From positions 509,534 through 573,533 of the forward strand of contig CAVXHP010000006.1 in NCBI GenBank assembly GCA_963761725.1: a stretch of 64,000 nt of DNA, in the 5' to 3' direction. Under the pieces are notes generated by a model that saw only the letters and a program-made list of their open reading frames with translations, had not been told where the DNA came from and ran no database searches. The DNA comes from an uncultured Cytophagales bacterium. Lineage in GTDB: Bacteria; Bacteroidota; Bacteroidia; Cytophagales; Bernardetiaceae. A program made the translations under genes and the position numbers. This document shows, one piece after another, positions 10,316 to 19,070 of the stretch; position 1 is the stretch's first letter, and each line of letters starts with the position of its first letter.

Positions 10316-11437
10316 ATGAACAAAGAACAAAACGCACAACATTTTTTAGAACTTATCAAAAAATCAAAACGGGGTAAGTTCAAAATTTATATTGGAATGG
10401 CTGCAGGAGTAGGCAAAACCTATCGAATGTTGCAAGAAGCGCACACACTTCTCAAAAATGGAATTGATGTAAAGATTGGTTTTATCGAAACGCACAGAAG
10501 AAAAGAAACGCACGCACTTTTGGAAGGTTTGCCCTTCGTTCCGTTGAGAAAATTGTATTATAAAGGGAAACTGTTAGAAGAAATGGACTTGCAAGCCATT
10601 ATTAATATGCGTCCAGAAGTAGTTTTGATAGATGAACTAGCACATACAAATATTGAAGGAAGCAAAAACGAAAAGCGTTGGCAAGACGTTTTGGATATTT
10701 TGGAAGTCGGAATTAATGTTATTAGTGCTGTCAATATTCAGCATTTGGAAAGCCTCAACGATGAGGTTTTGAAGATTACAGGTGTGGCAGTTCGGGAGCG
10801 TATTCCTGATAGTTTGCTTTCTAAAGCCGATGAAGTAGTGAATATTGACCTTACTTCTGATGAACTGCTTAGCCGTTTGAAGGAAGGAAAAATCTATACT
10901 CCAGATAAAATTCAACTTGCACTTAGTAATTTTTTCAAGTCCGAGCATATTCTTCAGCTTCGCCAGCTTGCTCTTCAAGAAGTGGCTTCGCAAGTAGAAC
11001 GAAAAGTAGAAACATCGCTTCCTCCAACCAATCATAGAGGAGAGCGTTTTTTGGCTTGCATTAGCTCCAGAGAAGAAACCACGAAGATAATTATTCGAAA
11101 AACGGCTCGTCTTGCTAATTATTACAAAGCAAAATGGTTTGTTTTGTATGTACAGACGGCGAAAGAAAGTGTTGATAAAATTCCGTTGAGCAATCAGAGA
11201 CATCTAATAAATAATTTTAAATTGGCTACCGAATTAGGAGCAGAAATTATCAAAATACAAAGTGAAGATATTGTAGAAACAATTATTGAACAAGCCAAAC
11301 AACATCAAGTTACTACCTTATGTATGGGAAAACCAAAATTAAATTGGTTTCAAATGATGCTATCAACAAGTCTTTTTAATAAATTATTACAAAAAACAGC
11401 AAACGAAGATATTGATTTAATTATACTTTCTACTTAA
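10316..11437 (+). CDS. kdpD: KdpD N-terminal sensor domain protein (KdpD-N plus USP domain), encoded separately from the kinase
   Basis: Walker-A-like GMAAGVGKTYRML, LIDELAHTN and a USP-like C-terminal half. There is no kinase domain; the kinase is the next gene. Confidence 0.8.
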   Translation: MNKEQNAQHFLELIKKSKRGKFKIYIGMAAGVGKTYRMLQEAHTLLKNGIDVKIGFIETHRRKETHALLEGLPFVPLRKLYYKGKLLEEMDLQAIINMRPEVVLIDELAHTNIEGSKNEKRWQDVLDILEVGINVISAVNIQHLESLNDEVLKITGVAVRERIPDSLLSKADEVVNIDLTSDELLSRLKEGKIYTPDKIQLALSNFFKSEHILQLRQLALQEVASQVERKVETSLPPTNHRGERFLACISSREETTKIIIRKTARLANYYKAKWFVLYVQTAKESVDKIPLSNQRHLINNFKLATELGAEIIKIQSEDIVETIIEQAKQHQVTTLCMGKPKLNWFQMMLSTSLFNKLLQKTANEDIDLIILST

Positions 11438-11469
11438 ACTATTCATTCGTTAAGCAATTAGAATAAGCT

Positions 11470-13452
11470 ATGAAAATCAAAACACAAATTTCTTTGGGAA
11501 TAGGCTTACTTTTTAGCTTAATTATTTTGCTTTCGATAGTAGGCATTCATAAAATAAATGGACTTTCAAACGATACAGAGAATATCTTAAAGGCAAATTA
11601 TAATACTTTAGATTACTGTCGAAGTATGTTGCGTATTTTGAATGAAGCACAAGAAACGAAAGGAAACACATTTAGCACTTTTAGTGAATACCTGCACAAA
11701 CAGCGTGAAAATATTACCGAAACAGGAGAAGCCGAACTCAACAATCGTCTGACCTATTTTTTTGCTCGTTGGAAATCGGATTATCAAGATAAAAAAGCAC
11801 TTCAACAGATGCGTTCGACTATTCATCAGCTTATGAAACTCAATATGAGTTCGATTGAAAGAAAAAGCGGACTTGCTCAAAATAATGCTAAAAATGCCAT
11901 TATTTGGATTGTAAGTATAGGACTTATTTGCATAATAATCGGATTAGTTTTATTTATTGATTTACCAAAACGAATTACCAAACCTATTTTGAGTCTTTCT
12001 GAAAGTATAAAACAGATTGCAAGCCAAAATTATTCGCAGCGTGTTTATTTAAAACGAAACGATGAGTTTGGAGATTTGGCGACTACCTTTAATTCAATGG
12101 CAGAAAAATTAGAAGAATATTCGAAGAGTAGTTTGAACCAACTTATTTTAGAGAAAAAGAGAGTAGAGAGTCTTATCAGCACTATTCAAGACCCTGTTTT
12201 TGGGTTAGATGAAAATCAAATTGTTATTTTTACGAATAAAACGGCTTTAGAAATTATAGGATTAAAAGAAGAGGAATGTATAGGCAAAACTACAAAAGAA
12301 CTAAGTCAGAAAAATGATTTGGGTCGTCTTTTATTTGAAGAATTGGCAACCATGAAAGAGGAAAATACAGAAATCCCTGAAACTCAAAAAGATACTACAC
12401 CTTTAAAAATTTATGCAAATAATAAGGAAGGTTTTTTTGAGAAAATAACGATTGCCATAGAAAATGATGAGCAGCAAATCAGTGTTACAGAAAAAGAATT
12501 AAGTTTTGAAGAAGAATTTGAAATTAATTTTGGTAAAAATAAAGCAAATCAAGAAATAAAAGAGCAACCAAATCAAGAAAATCCATTAACTACACAACAA
12601 GTAATTGCACAAATTGAGCAAAGAAAAGCAAAGCAAAATCCGAATTCAGTCTATAATCAACTTTCAGAAAATGGAGAAGAAATTATAATCGAATCAAATC
12701 AACAAAACAAAATTAAATCTAAAAAAGGTTTTTTAGTAGTTTTGAAGGATATTACAGCCTATAAAGAATTGGATACAGCCAAAACAAACTTTATTGCCAC
12801 GGTTTCGCATGAGTTTAAAACGCCTATTGCAGCCATTCGAATGAGTCTTCAACTTTTGAATAATAATTCTATTGGAAAACTCAATGAAGAACAAACCAGT
12901 TTAGTAGAAAGTATCGACGAAGATGCAACACGACTACTCAAAATAACAGACGAACTCTTGAATATGACTCAATTAGAAAGTGGAAATATTCAATTAAATA
13001 TTCGTCCAACGCCAGCAAAAACGATTGTAGAATATGCAATAAATACAAACAAAACAGCAGCCGAACAAAGACAAGTTGAGTTTGTAATCAATCAAGAAAA
13101 TGATAATTTGCAAGTCTTAGCAGATACCGAAAAGTCAGCGTGGATACTGACCAATCTTATCTCTAATGCTATTCGATATTCCTATCAAAACTCTAGTATA
13201 ATTATTTCAATATTAGAAGGCGAAACTGAAGTTATTTTTGCTGTAAAAGACAATGGACAAGGAATTGCACCCGAATATCAAGAAAAAATATTCAACAGGT
13301 ATTTTAGAGTTCCCAACACCAACAAACAAGGAACAGGTTTAGGATTAGCAATCAGCAAAGAATTTGTAGAGGCACAAGACGGAAAATTAGGGGTAGAAAG
13401 TGAGCTTGGAGAAGGAAGCACGTTTTATTTTTCGTTGAAAAAATTAGTTTAA
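11470..13452 (+). CDS. Sensor histidine kinase (TM-HAMP-PAS-HisKA-HATPase), the kinase half of the split KdpD
   Basis: N-terminal TM helix, a HAMP domain (DEFGDLATTFNSMAEKLEE), the H-box ATVSHEFKTPIAAIRMSLQLL, the N-box and the G-boxes (DNGQGIAPE...GTGLGLAISKEFVE). Confidence 0.85.
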   Translation: MKIKTQISLGIGLLFSLIILLSIVGIHKINGLSNDTENILKANYNTLDYCRSMLRILNEAQETKGNTFSTFSEYLHKQRENITETGEAELNNRLTYFFARWKSDYQDKKALQQMRSTIHQLMKLNMSSIERKSGLAQNNAKNAIIWIVSIGLICIIIGLVLFIDLPKRITKPILSLSESIKQIASQNYSQRVYLKRNDEFGDLATTFNSMAEKLEEYSKSSLNQLILEKKRVESLISTIQDPVFGLDENQIVIFTNKTALEIIGLKEEECIGKTTKELSQKNDLGRLLFEELATMKEENTEIPETQKDTTPLKIYANNKEGFFEKITIAIENDEQQISVTEKELSFEEEFEINFGKNKANQEIKEQPNQENPLTTQQVIAQIEQRKAKQNPNSVYNQLSENGEEIIIESNQQNKIKSKKGFLVVLKDITAYKELDTAKTNFIATVSHEFKTPIAAIRMSLQLLNNNSIGKLNEEQTSLVESIDEDATRLLKITDELLNMTQLESGNIQLNIRPTPAKTIVEYAINTNKTAAEQRQVEFVINQENDNLQVLADTEKSAWILTNLISNAIRYSYQNSSIIISILEGETEVIFAVKDNGQGIAPEYQEKIFNRYFRVPNTNKQGTGLGLAISKEFVEAQDGKLGVESELGEGSTFYFSLKKLV

Positions 13453-13563
13453 ATGTTTATCAAAATTAGTTATGTTGTTGGTGTCGCTTCGCTAAAACAC
13501 CAACAACGGTAAAAAAGTCGTTTTCAACAAACGAACAGTTCGCTCAAAGCGAACCGTTCGTTA

Positions 13564-14781
13564 TTAATTCTTATAACTAATTTTATAAACTGCTCCTGCA
13601 TAATCATCAGAAACAAAAAGCGCACCTTCACGATTGACAATAACATCAACAGGTCTTCCCCAAAATTCACTCTCTTTAGCTTCTCCTTCTAGCCAACCTG
13701 TTGCGAAAGGCTCATAACTAATTGCTTTATTTCCCTCCAATTTTACTAAAGTAATTCGATAACCTACTTTATTAGAGCGGTTCCAAGAACCGTGTTCGGC
13801 AATAAAAATTTGATTTTTGTATTCACTTGGAAACTGATTTCCTGTATAAAAACGCATTCCCAAAGCTGCTGTGTGTGCTTCTAATTTCTGAACAGGTGGA
13901 ACAAACTCATCACAGTTTCTTTTATTTCCAAATTCTGGGTCTTTTACGTCTCCTTGATGACAGTACGGATAACCAAAATGAAGTCCTCTTTTAGTAGCCA
14001 TATTGAGTTCGTCGGCTGGTGTAGTATCGTCCATTCTATCCCTTCCATTATTTGTAAACCATAAATCTCCTGTTTCTGGATGCCAATCAAAACCTACTGA
14101 ATTACGAACCCCTTCTGCATAAATTTCTAAATCTGAACCATCTGGATTTATAGAAGTAATGGAAGCATAAATCGGTTTTTCACTCTCACAAATATTACAA
14201 GGAGCCCCAACAGGAACAAATAATTTTCCACTTGGAGAAAAAGCAATAAACTTCCACCCATGATGTAAATCTGTCGGAAATTTATCCGTAATCAAAATAG
14301 GTTTTGGTGGATTTTCAAGATTAGATTCTATATTTTCAAACTTCCAAATTTTGTCTATTTCTGCTACATATAGATCGCCATCTTTGAAAGCTACACCATT
14401 TGGAGTTTTCATATTTTCAGCGATTACAAATACTTGGTCAGCTTTTCCATCTTTATTTTTATCTGTAATGGCATATACTTTATCTTCTTTTCTGTTTCCT
14501 ACAAATAGAGTTCCGTCTGGAGAAAGTGATAATGAACGAGCATTTGGAATGTCTGCGTAGAGTTCTATTTTAAAGCCTGCTGGTAGCTTTATTTTGTCTA
14601 ATGGCAAACGACTTGTAGTTATGTCGTCTGGTTTTTGAGCATTTCCGATGGTGTTTGTATCGGTCGCTCTAGCTTGCCTTCCCTTATCATCACAGGAAGT
14701 AAAAACAAAAAATGATAAAATGGAGAAGATAATCAAATAAGAAATTATCTTTTTTGAGAAAATGAAGTTGTTGATTTTCAT
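13564..14781 (-). CDS. PQQ-dependent sugar dehydrogenase (YliI-like soluble aldose/sorbosone dehydrogenase), lipoprotein
   Basis: Lipoprotein signal ending ..FTSC. The beta-propeller fold of the soluble glucose dehydrogenase family is marked by GWKFIAFSPSGKLFVPVG, EIYAEGVRNSVGFDWHP, GDLWFTNNGRD and HFGYPYCH. Confidence 0.8.
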   Translation of the reverse strand: MKINNFIFSKKIISYLIIFSILSFFVFTSCDDKGRQARATDTNTIGNAQKPDDITTSRLPLDKIKLPAGFKIELYADIPNARSLSLSPDGTLFVGNRKEDKVYAITDKNKDGKADQVFVIAENMKTPNGVAFKDGDLYVAEIDKIWKFENIESNLENPPKPILITDKFPTDLHHGWKFIAFSPSGKLFVPVGAPCNICESEKPIYASITSINPDGSDLEIYAEGVRNSVGFDWHPETGDLWFTNNGRDRMDDTTPADELNMATKRGLHFGYPYCHQGDVKDPEFGNKRNCDEFVPPVQKLEAHTAALGMRFYTGNQFPSEYKNQIFIAEHGSWNRSNKVGYRITLVKLEGNKAISYEPFATGWLEGEAKESEFWGRPVDVIVNREGALFVSDDYAGAVYKISYKN

Positions 14782-15016
14782 AGGTTAGAAATTGAATAGC
14801 ACAAAAAATAATTATACAATATTCAAATTGTGATTTGGAAGATAATTGATTTATATTCTTTTACTTTGATTATCAAATTTATTTTTATATTTTGAATTAG
14901 TCTACATTTTTTAAATATAAATATTTATTATTGACTTACAATAATAAAAATATTTTTTCATGTCTTAAAATTTAGATATGTTTGTATTGTTTTAATTTTC
15001 ACAAGAATAATAATAT

Positions 15017-17257
15017 ATGCTTTTCAAAGATTTCGATTTCGAATTGTTAAATAATCCTGACTTCAAAGAAGATAGTGTTAGAGAAGTAATTATACTACCT
15101 ATTCTTCATCGGCTTGGATATAATCATAACAATATTGTTCGAAGCAAAACACTAGAACACTCTTTTTTAAAAGTAGGCTCAAAGAAACGACAAGTTAATA
15201 TTGTTCCTGATTATCTTTTCAAAATAGAAGAAAGTTATGCGTGGGTTTTAGATGCCAAATCTCCTACTGAAAATATTCATACTAGTGACCATATAGAACA
15301 AATCTATTCCTATGCTATTCATCCAGAAGTAAGAACTAAATTTTTTGCTCTCTGTAATGGAAAAGAGTTTATTTTATTTAGACAGGATGTAGAAAAACCT
15401 ATTTTGTTTTTTCCTATTCAAGATATAGAAGACCATTGGGAAGACGTAGAAAACCTACTTGCTCCTTCTGCTTTTCAAATAGGAAAACAGTTTACTTACA
15501 CAAAAATTCAAAAAACCAATAAAGACGAAAATTTCAACTATTTAGAGCGTCCTTTTTTGGAAGAAATAGATGTAAGAAAAAGAGCTGCCAAAAGGCATTT
15601 TGGTGTTCATGGGTATTTTACTCGGCAGGCTTGGAATATAGTACAAGAATACATTCGGAATTTTTCACAAAAAGGCGATATTGTACTTGACCCTTTTGGT
15701 GGTTCGGGAGTTACAGCTATAGAAAGCTTAATGATAGGTAGAAAAACTATTCATGTGGATATTAATCCCATGTCTGTTTTTATGGTAGAATCTTTAATGG
15801 CTTCTGTAAAAGTAAGTGATTTAAAAAAAGAGTTTGAAAAAATTAAATTAGATTATGAAAAATCAGAAGTAGAAAAATTTAATAGCTGGAGCAAAGAAAA
15901 ACAAAAAAAATGGCTTGCTACTTACCCTTATCCTAGAGGATTTGTCTTACCTAAAGGGTCAGACGTAGAAGTAATTGAAGATTTGTTTTCAAAAGAACAA
16001 TTAGCTAAACTAGCCTTTTTAAAACACCTTATCAAAAAAATAAAAAATAAAAATATTCAGAAATCATTGCTTTTGGCTTTTTCTAGTTTGGTTAATAAAA
16101 TTAATCTTACTTATCATCACTCCAAGTCTGCCAGTAAAAATGCAGGTGATAGTTCTCCTATGAGATACTATCGTTATAGAATTGCTCCAAACAAAGTAGA
16201 ATTAGATTTTATGCCTAATTATGCAAAAAAAGTATCGGCAATCATCAATGCGAAAAAAGAAATAGAAACATTTATTAATGAAGAAACTATTCAAAATGCA
16301 CAAATAATAAAAGGAACGGCTACCGATTTGAGTTTCATAAAGAAGGAAAGTGTAGATTATATTTATACTGACCCACCTTACAGCAAAAAAATTCCGTATT
16401 TAGATTTGAGTACGATGTGGAATGCATGGCTAGATTTGGAAGTAACCCAAGAAGATTTTGAATTAGAAGCTATAGAAGGAGGAGAATATAAAAAAAGTAA
16501 AGATGAGTACAATGCTCTAATGGCAAAATCAATAGAGGAAATGTATCGTGTTTTGAAATTTGATAGATGGATGTCTTTTGTATTTGCTCATAAAGATCCT
16601 GAATTTTGGCATTTGATTGTTGAAACAGCAGAACGTTGTGGTTTTGAATATGCAGGTGCAGTAGCTCAAAAAAATGGACAAACGAGTTTTAAGAAGCGTC
16701 AAAATCCCTTTACAGTTTTGTCTGGACAACTCATCATAAACTTTAGAAAAGTACCAAAACCTAAAGCTATCATGAAGGCTGCCTTAGGAATGAACATTGC
16801 TGAAATTATTATCCAAACTACTGAAGGCGTAATTGCACAGAATAATGGAGCTACTTTAGAGCAAATCAATGATGAATTGATTATCAAAGGTTTGGAATTA
16901 GGATTTTTAGACTTATTGAAAAAAGAATATTCTGACCTCACACCTTTTTTATTAGAAACTTTTGATTATGACAAACAAACAGAACTTTTTACTATACAAA
17001 ACAATCAAAAGTTCAAAACTTATATAGATTTAGACCTGAGGGTTAGATATTATTTAATTTCTTATTTGAGAAGAATGGAAAGAGAAAGAAAAGAATCTAG
17101 TTTTGATGAAATCGTATTACATATTTTACCATTACTTAAGAATGGTATTACTCCAGAAGCACAAACAATTTTAAAGGTTTTAGAAGATGTTGCAGAAAGA
17201 GTAGGAGAAGATGCTTGGCAACTAAAAAAAGCAGGACAAGGTAAACTCTTTAAGTAA
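15017..17257 (+). CDS. Fusion protein: an N-terminal PD-(D/E)xK nuclease-like domain resembling the HsdR N-terminus, joined to an N6/N4 DNA methyltransferase. It is a candidate single-chain, Type IIG-like restriction-modification enzyme.
   Basis: Residues ~60-85 read VPDYLFKIEESYAWVLDAKSP, a PD...(D/E)xK signature. Methyltransferase motif I (LDPFGGSGVTAIE) sits near residue 225 and motif IV (IYTDPPYS) near residue 455. A long C-terminal region follows. An extremely AT-rich 235-bp leader lies upstream. Confidence 0.6.
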   Translation: MLFKDFDFELLNNPDFKEDSVREVIILPILHRLGYNHNNIVRSKTLEHSFLKVGSKKRQVNIVPDYLFKIEESYAWVLDAKSPTENIHTSDHIEQIYSYAIHPEVRTKFFALCNGKEFILFRQDVEKPILFFPIQDIEDHWEDVENLLAPSAFQIGKQFTYTKIQKTNKDENFNYLERPFLEEIDVRKRAAKRHFGVHGYFTRQAWNIVQEYIRNFSQKGDIVLDPFGGSGVTAIESLMIGRKTIHVDINPMSVFMVESLMASVKVSDLKKEFEKIKLDYEKSEVEKFNSWSKEKQKKWLATYPYPRGFVLPKGSDVEVIEDLFSKEQLAKLAFLKHLIKKIKNKNIQKSLLLAFSSLVNKINLTYHHSKSASKNAGDSSPMRYYRYRIAPNKVELDFMPNYAKKVSAIINAKKEIETFINEETIQNAQIIKGTATDLSFIKKESVDYIYTDPPYSKKIPYLDLSTMWNAWLDLEVTQEDFELEAIEGGEYKKSKDEYNALMAKSIEEMYRVLKFDRWMSFVFAHKDPEFWHLIVETAERCGFEYAGAVAQKNGQTSFKKRQNPFTVLSGQLIINFRKVPKPKAIMKAALGMNIAEIIIQTTEGVIAQNNGATLEQINDELIIKGLELGFLDLLKKEYSDLTPFLLETFDYDKQTELFTIQNNQKFKTYIDLDLRVRYYLISYLRRMERERKESSFDEIVLHILPLLKNGITPEAQTILKVLEDVAERVGEDAWQLKKAGQGKLFK

Positions 17258-17264
17258 TTGTAAT

Positions 17265-17306
17265 TTTTTCTCTCAAAAAAACTAGAGTTATAATTGAGAG
17301 AAAAAA
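17265..17306. terminator. Bidirectional hairpin terminator between the nuclease-methyltransferase gene and the convergent oxidoreductase
   Basis: TTTTTTCTCTCAA pairs with TTGAGAGAAAAAA: a 13-bp stem with A/T runs on both sides. Confidence 0.5.
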
Positions 17307-17326
17307 TTGTTGTACTTATGACAAAA

Positions 17327-18332
17327 CTACTTCATCGAAACCACCAATTTTCCAAATCCTTCTCCTTCTTTCATTGTATCAAAAACCGAAATGATATCAG
17401 AAAAAGGAGTAACCGAACCGATAATTGGTTTTATCTTGTGTTTTTCTACAAAATTTACCATTTCTACAAATTCTTTATCACTTCCCATAGTTGAGCCTTG
17501 AATACGAATTTGATTAAAAAACATTCTGTATAAATCAATTTTTTGAGGTAATCCTAAAGTAGCACCATAAAAAATAATTCTTCCCGAACGTCCTAAAAGT
17601 TTGATAATTTCTGCAAATGTTTCTCCTCCTGCACTATCAATGGCACAATCAAAACTTCCTGCTTTATCTTTCAATTGTTTGTTCCAATCTGGGTCTTTAT
17701 AATTTACTATTCCTGCTGCTCCCATTTCTTCTAATCTTTCTAGTTTTTCATCATCTCCAGAAGTAACATACACTTTTGCACCTGCTGCAAGAGCAAACTG
17801 AAAAGCAAATTGAGCCACTCCACCACCAGCACCAGAAATCAAAACTTTACTTCCTTTTTGGATTCCTCCGTGATAAAATACAGAGCGAAAAGCTGTAAGT
17901 CCTGCAAGTGGTAAGGCAGCAGCTTCTTCTAAAGAAAGTGATTTTGGTTTTTCGATCTAATCTGTCTTGATTGACACACAAAAATTCAGCAAAAGTTCCG
18001 TCTGTTGGCATTCCTAATATATGATAATCGGCTGATTGATGTCTTTCATCATTTCCCCAATTATTATTTGGATTTATGATTACTGTTTTTGATTCCCATT
18101 TTTTAGCGTTTTCGCCTGTTTTTACTACAATTCCACAGCCATCAGAACCCAAAGTAGAAGGACGAATTCCAGGATATAATCCTTCTCTTATCCATTGGTC
18201 TCTACGATTGAGAGCTGCTGTTTGCATTTGGATAAGCACTTCATTTCCTTTTGGTTCGGGAGTTTCAATGTCTTTGAGTTGAATTCTATCTGTATGAGAA
18301 CTATCTTTTTCTAGCAGACGTAAGGCGAGCAT
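17327..18332 (-). pseudogene. NADPH:quinone oxidoreductase / zinc-type alcohol dehydrogenase (MDR family), split by a +1 frameshift near 17953
   Basis: The two ORFs 17847-18332 and 17327-17842 together read as one MDR protein. A 1-bp deletion at the rc motif gacagattaGatcgaaaa restores ...FAEFLCVNQDRL|IEKPKSLSLEEAAALPLAGLTAFRSVF...ISGAGGGVAQFAFQ. Confidence 0.7.
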
Positions 18333-18572
18333 AAAAATATTGATTTAATGGAATAAAGGATTAAACTTTAATATAGAAACTAAATTTTGAAATAGACTAT
18401 TTTGTTTCAAAATTTATCAAAAGTTAGTTATTGTATTGTTTTTCTGATGACTTAAAATCCATTATATATTTTTATACACTATCTATTTTACTTATAAATA
18501 CAACCTTTGGCTTGAAATATGTTAGAATCTCATTAAAAAAAATAGGCTATCATTTCTAATCCACTCATTATT

Positions 18573-18992
18573 TTGAATACTACTTTAAAGAAAAATCTAC
18601 TCATATTGCTTTATACAAGTATTTTTTTTAGTCTTTTTAGTTGTGCATCTGTTACGCCTACTACTACTGCTGTTACACCTATTATTGCTCAAAATATTGA
18701 TTCTGAAAAACCAAATATAGAACTACTTTCTGAGGAGCAAATTAAGGAGTGGAACTCAAAACCAATACAAGAATGGAATGATTTTTTTGGTTCAGATACT
18801 GAACTGTGGAATCCATTTCAAATGAAATTTTATGAAGATGTTTCTGTAAAAGCTCTATCTAACGAGGAAAAAGAACAGTTAATGAATTATCAGGATGAAG
18901 ACTGGGAGAAAAGATTTGAGGGAACAATGGATACTTGGAAAATACATCAACTTCTTTTTTATTCTGCTATTCTAAATTTGGCTGTGAATTAA
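18573..18992 (+). CDS. Hypothetical lipoprotein
   Basis: The signal/lipobox reads ...FFSLFSC. The 139-aa ORF is followed by a strong hairpin terminator at 19026-19063 (AAAAAACTCATTTCTC / GAGAAATGAGTTTTTTT). Confidence 0.4.
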   Translation: MNTTLKKNLLILLYTSIFFSLFSCASVTPTTTAVTPIIAQNIDSEKPNIELLSEEQIKEWNSKPIQEWNDFFGSDTELWNPFQMKFYEDVSVKALSNEEKEQLMNYQDEDWEKRFEGTMDTWKIHQLLFYSAILNLAVN

Positions 18993-19070
18993 GAAGTAGA
19001 TAATAAAGTAAAAATAATAGAAACCAAAAAACTCATTTCTCTTATAGAGAAATGAGTTTTTTTATGAGGT

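Noticed and set aside
10316-13452. KdpD split into two ORFs interpreted as a frameshift pseudogene
   Set aside because: The two genes are separated by 32 bp with a clean stop and a new ATG/RBS context. The sensor-domain protein and kinase are commonly separate genes in Bacteroidetes kdp loci.
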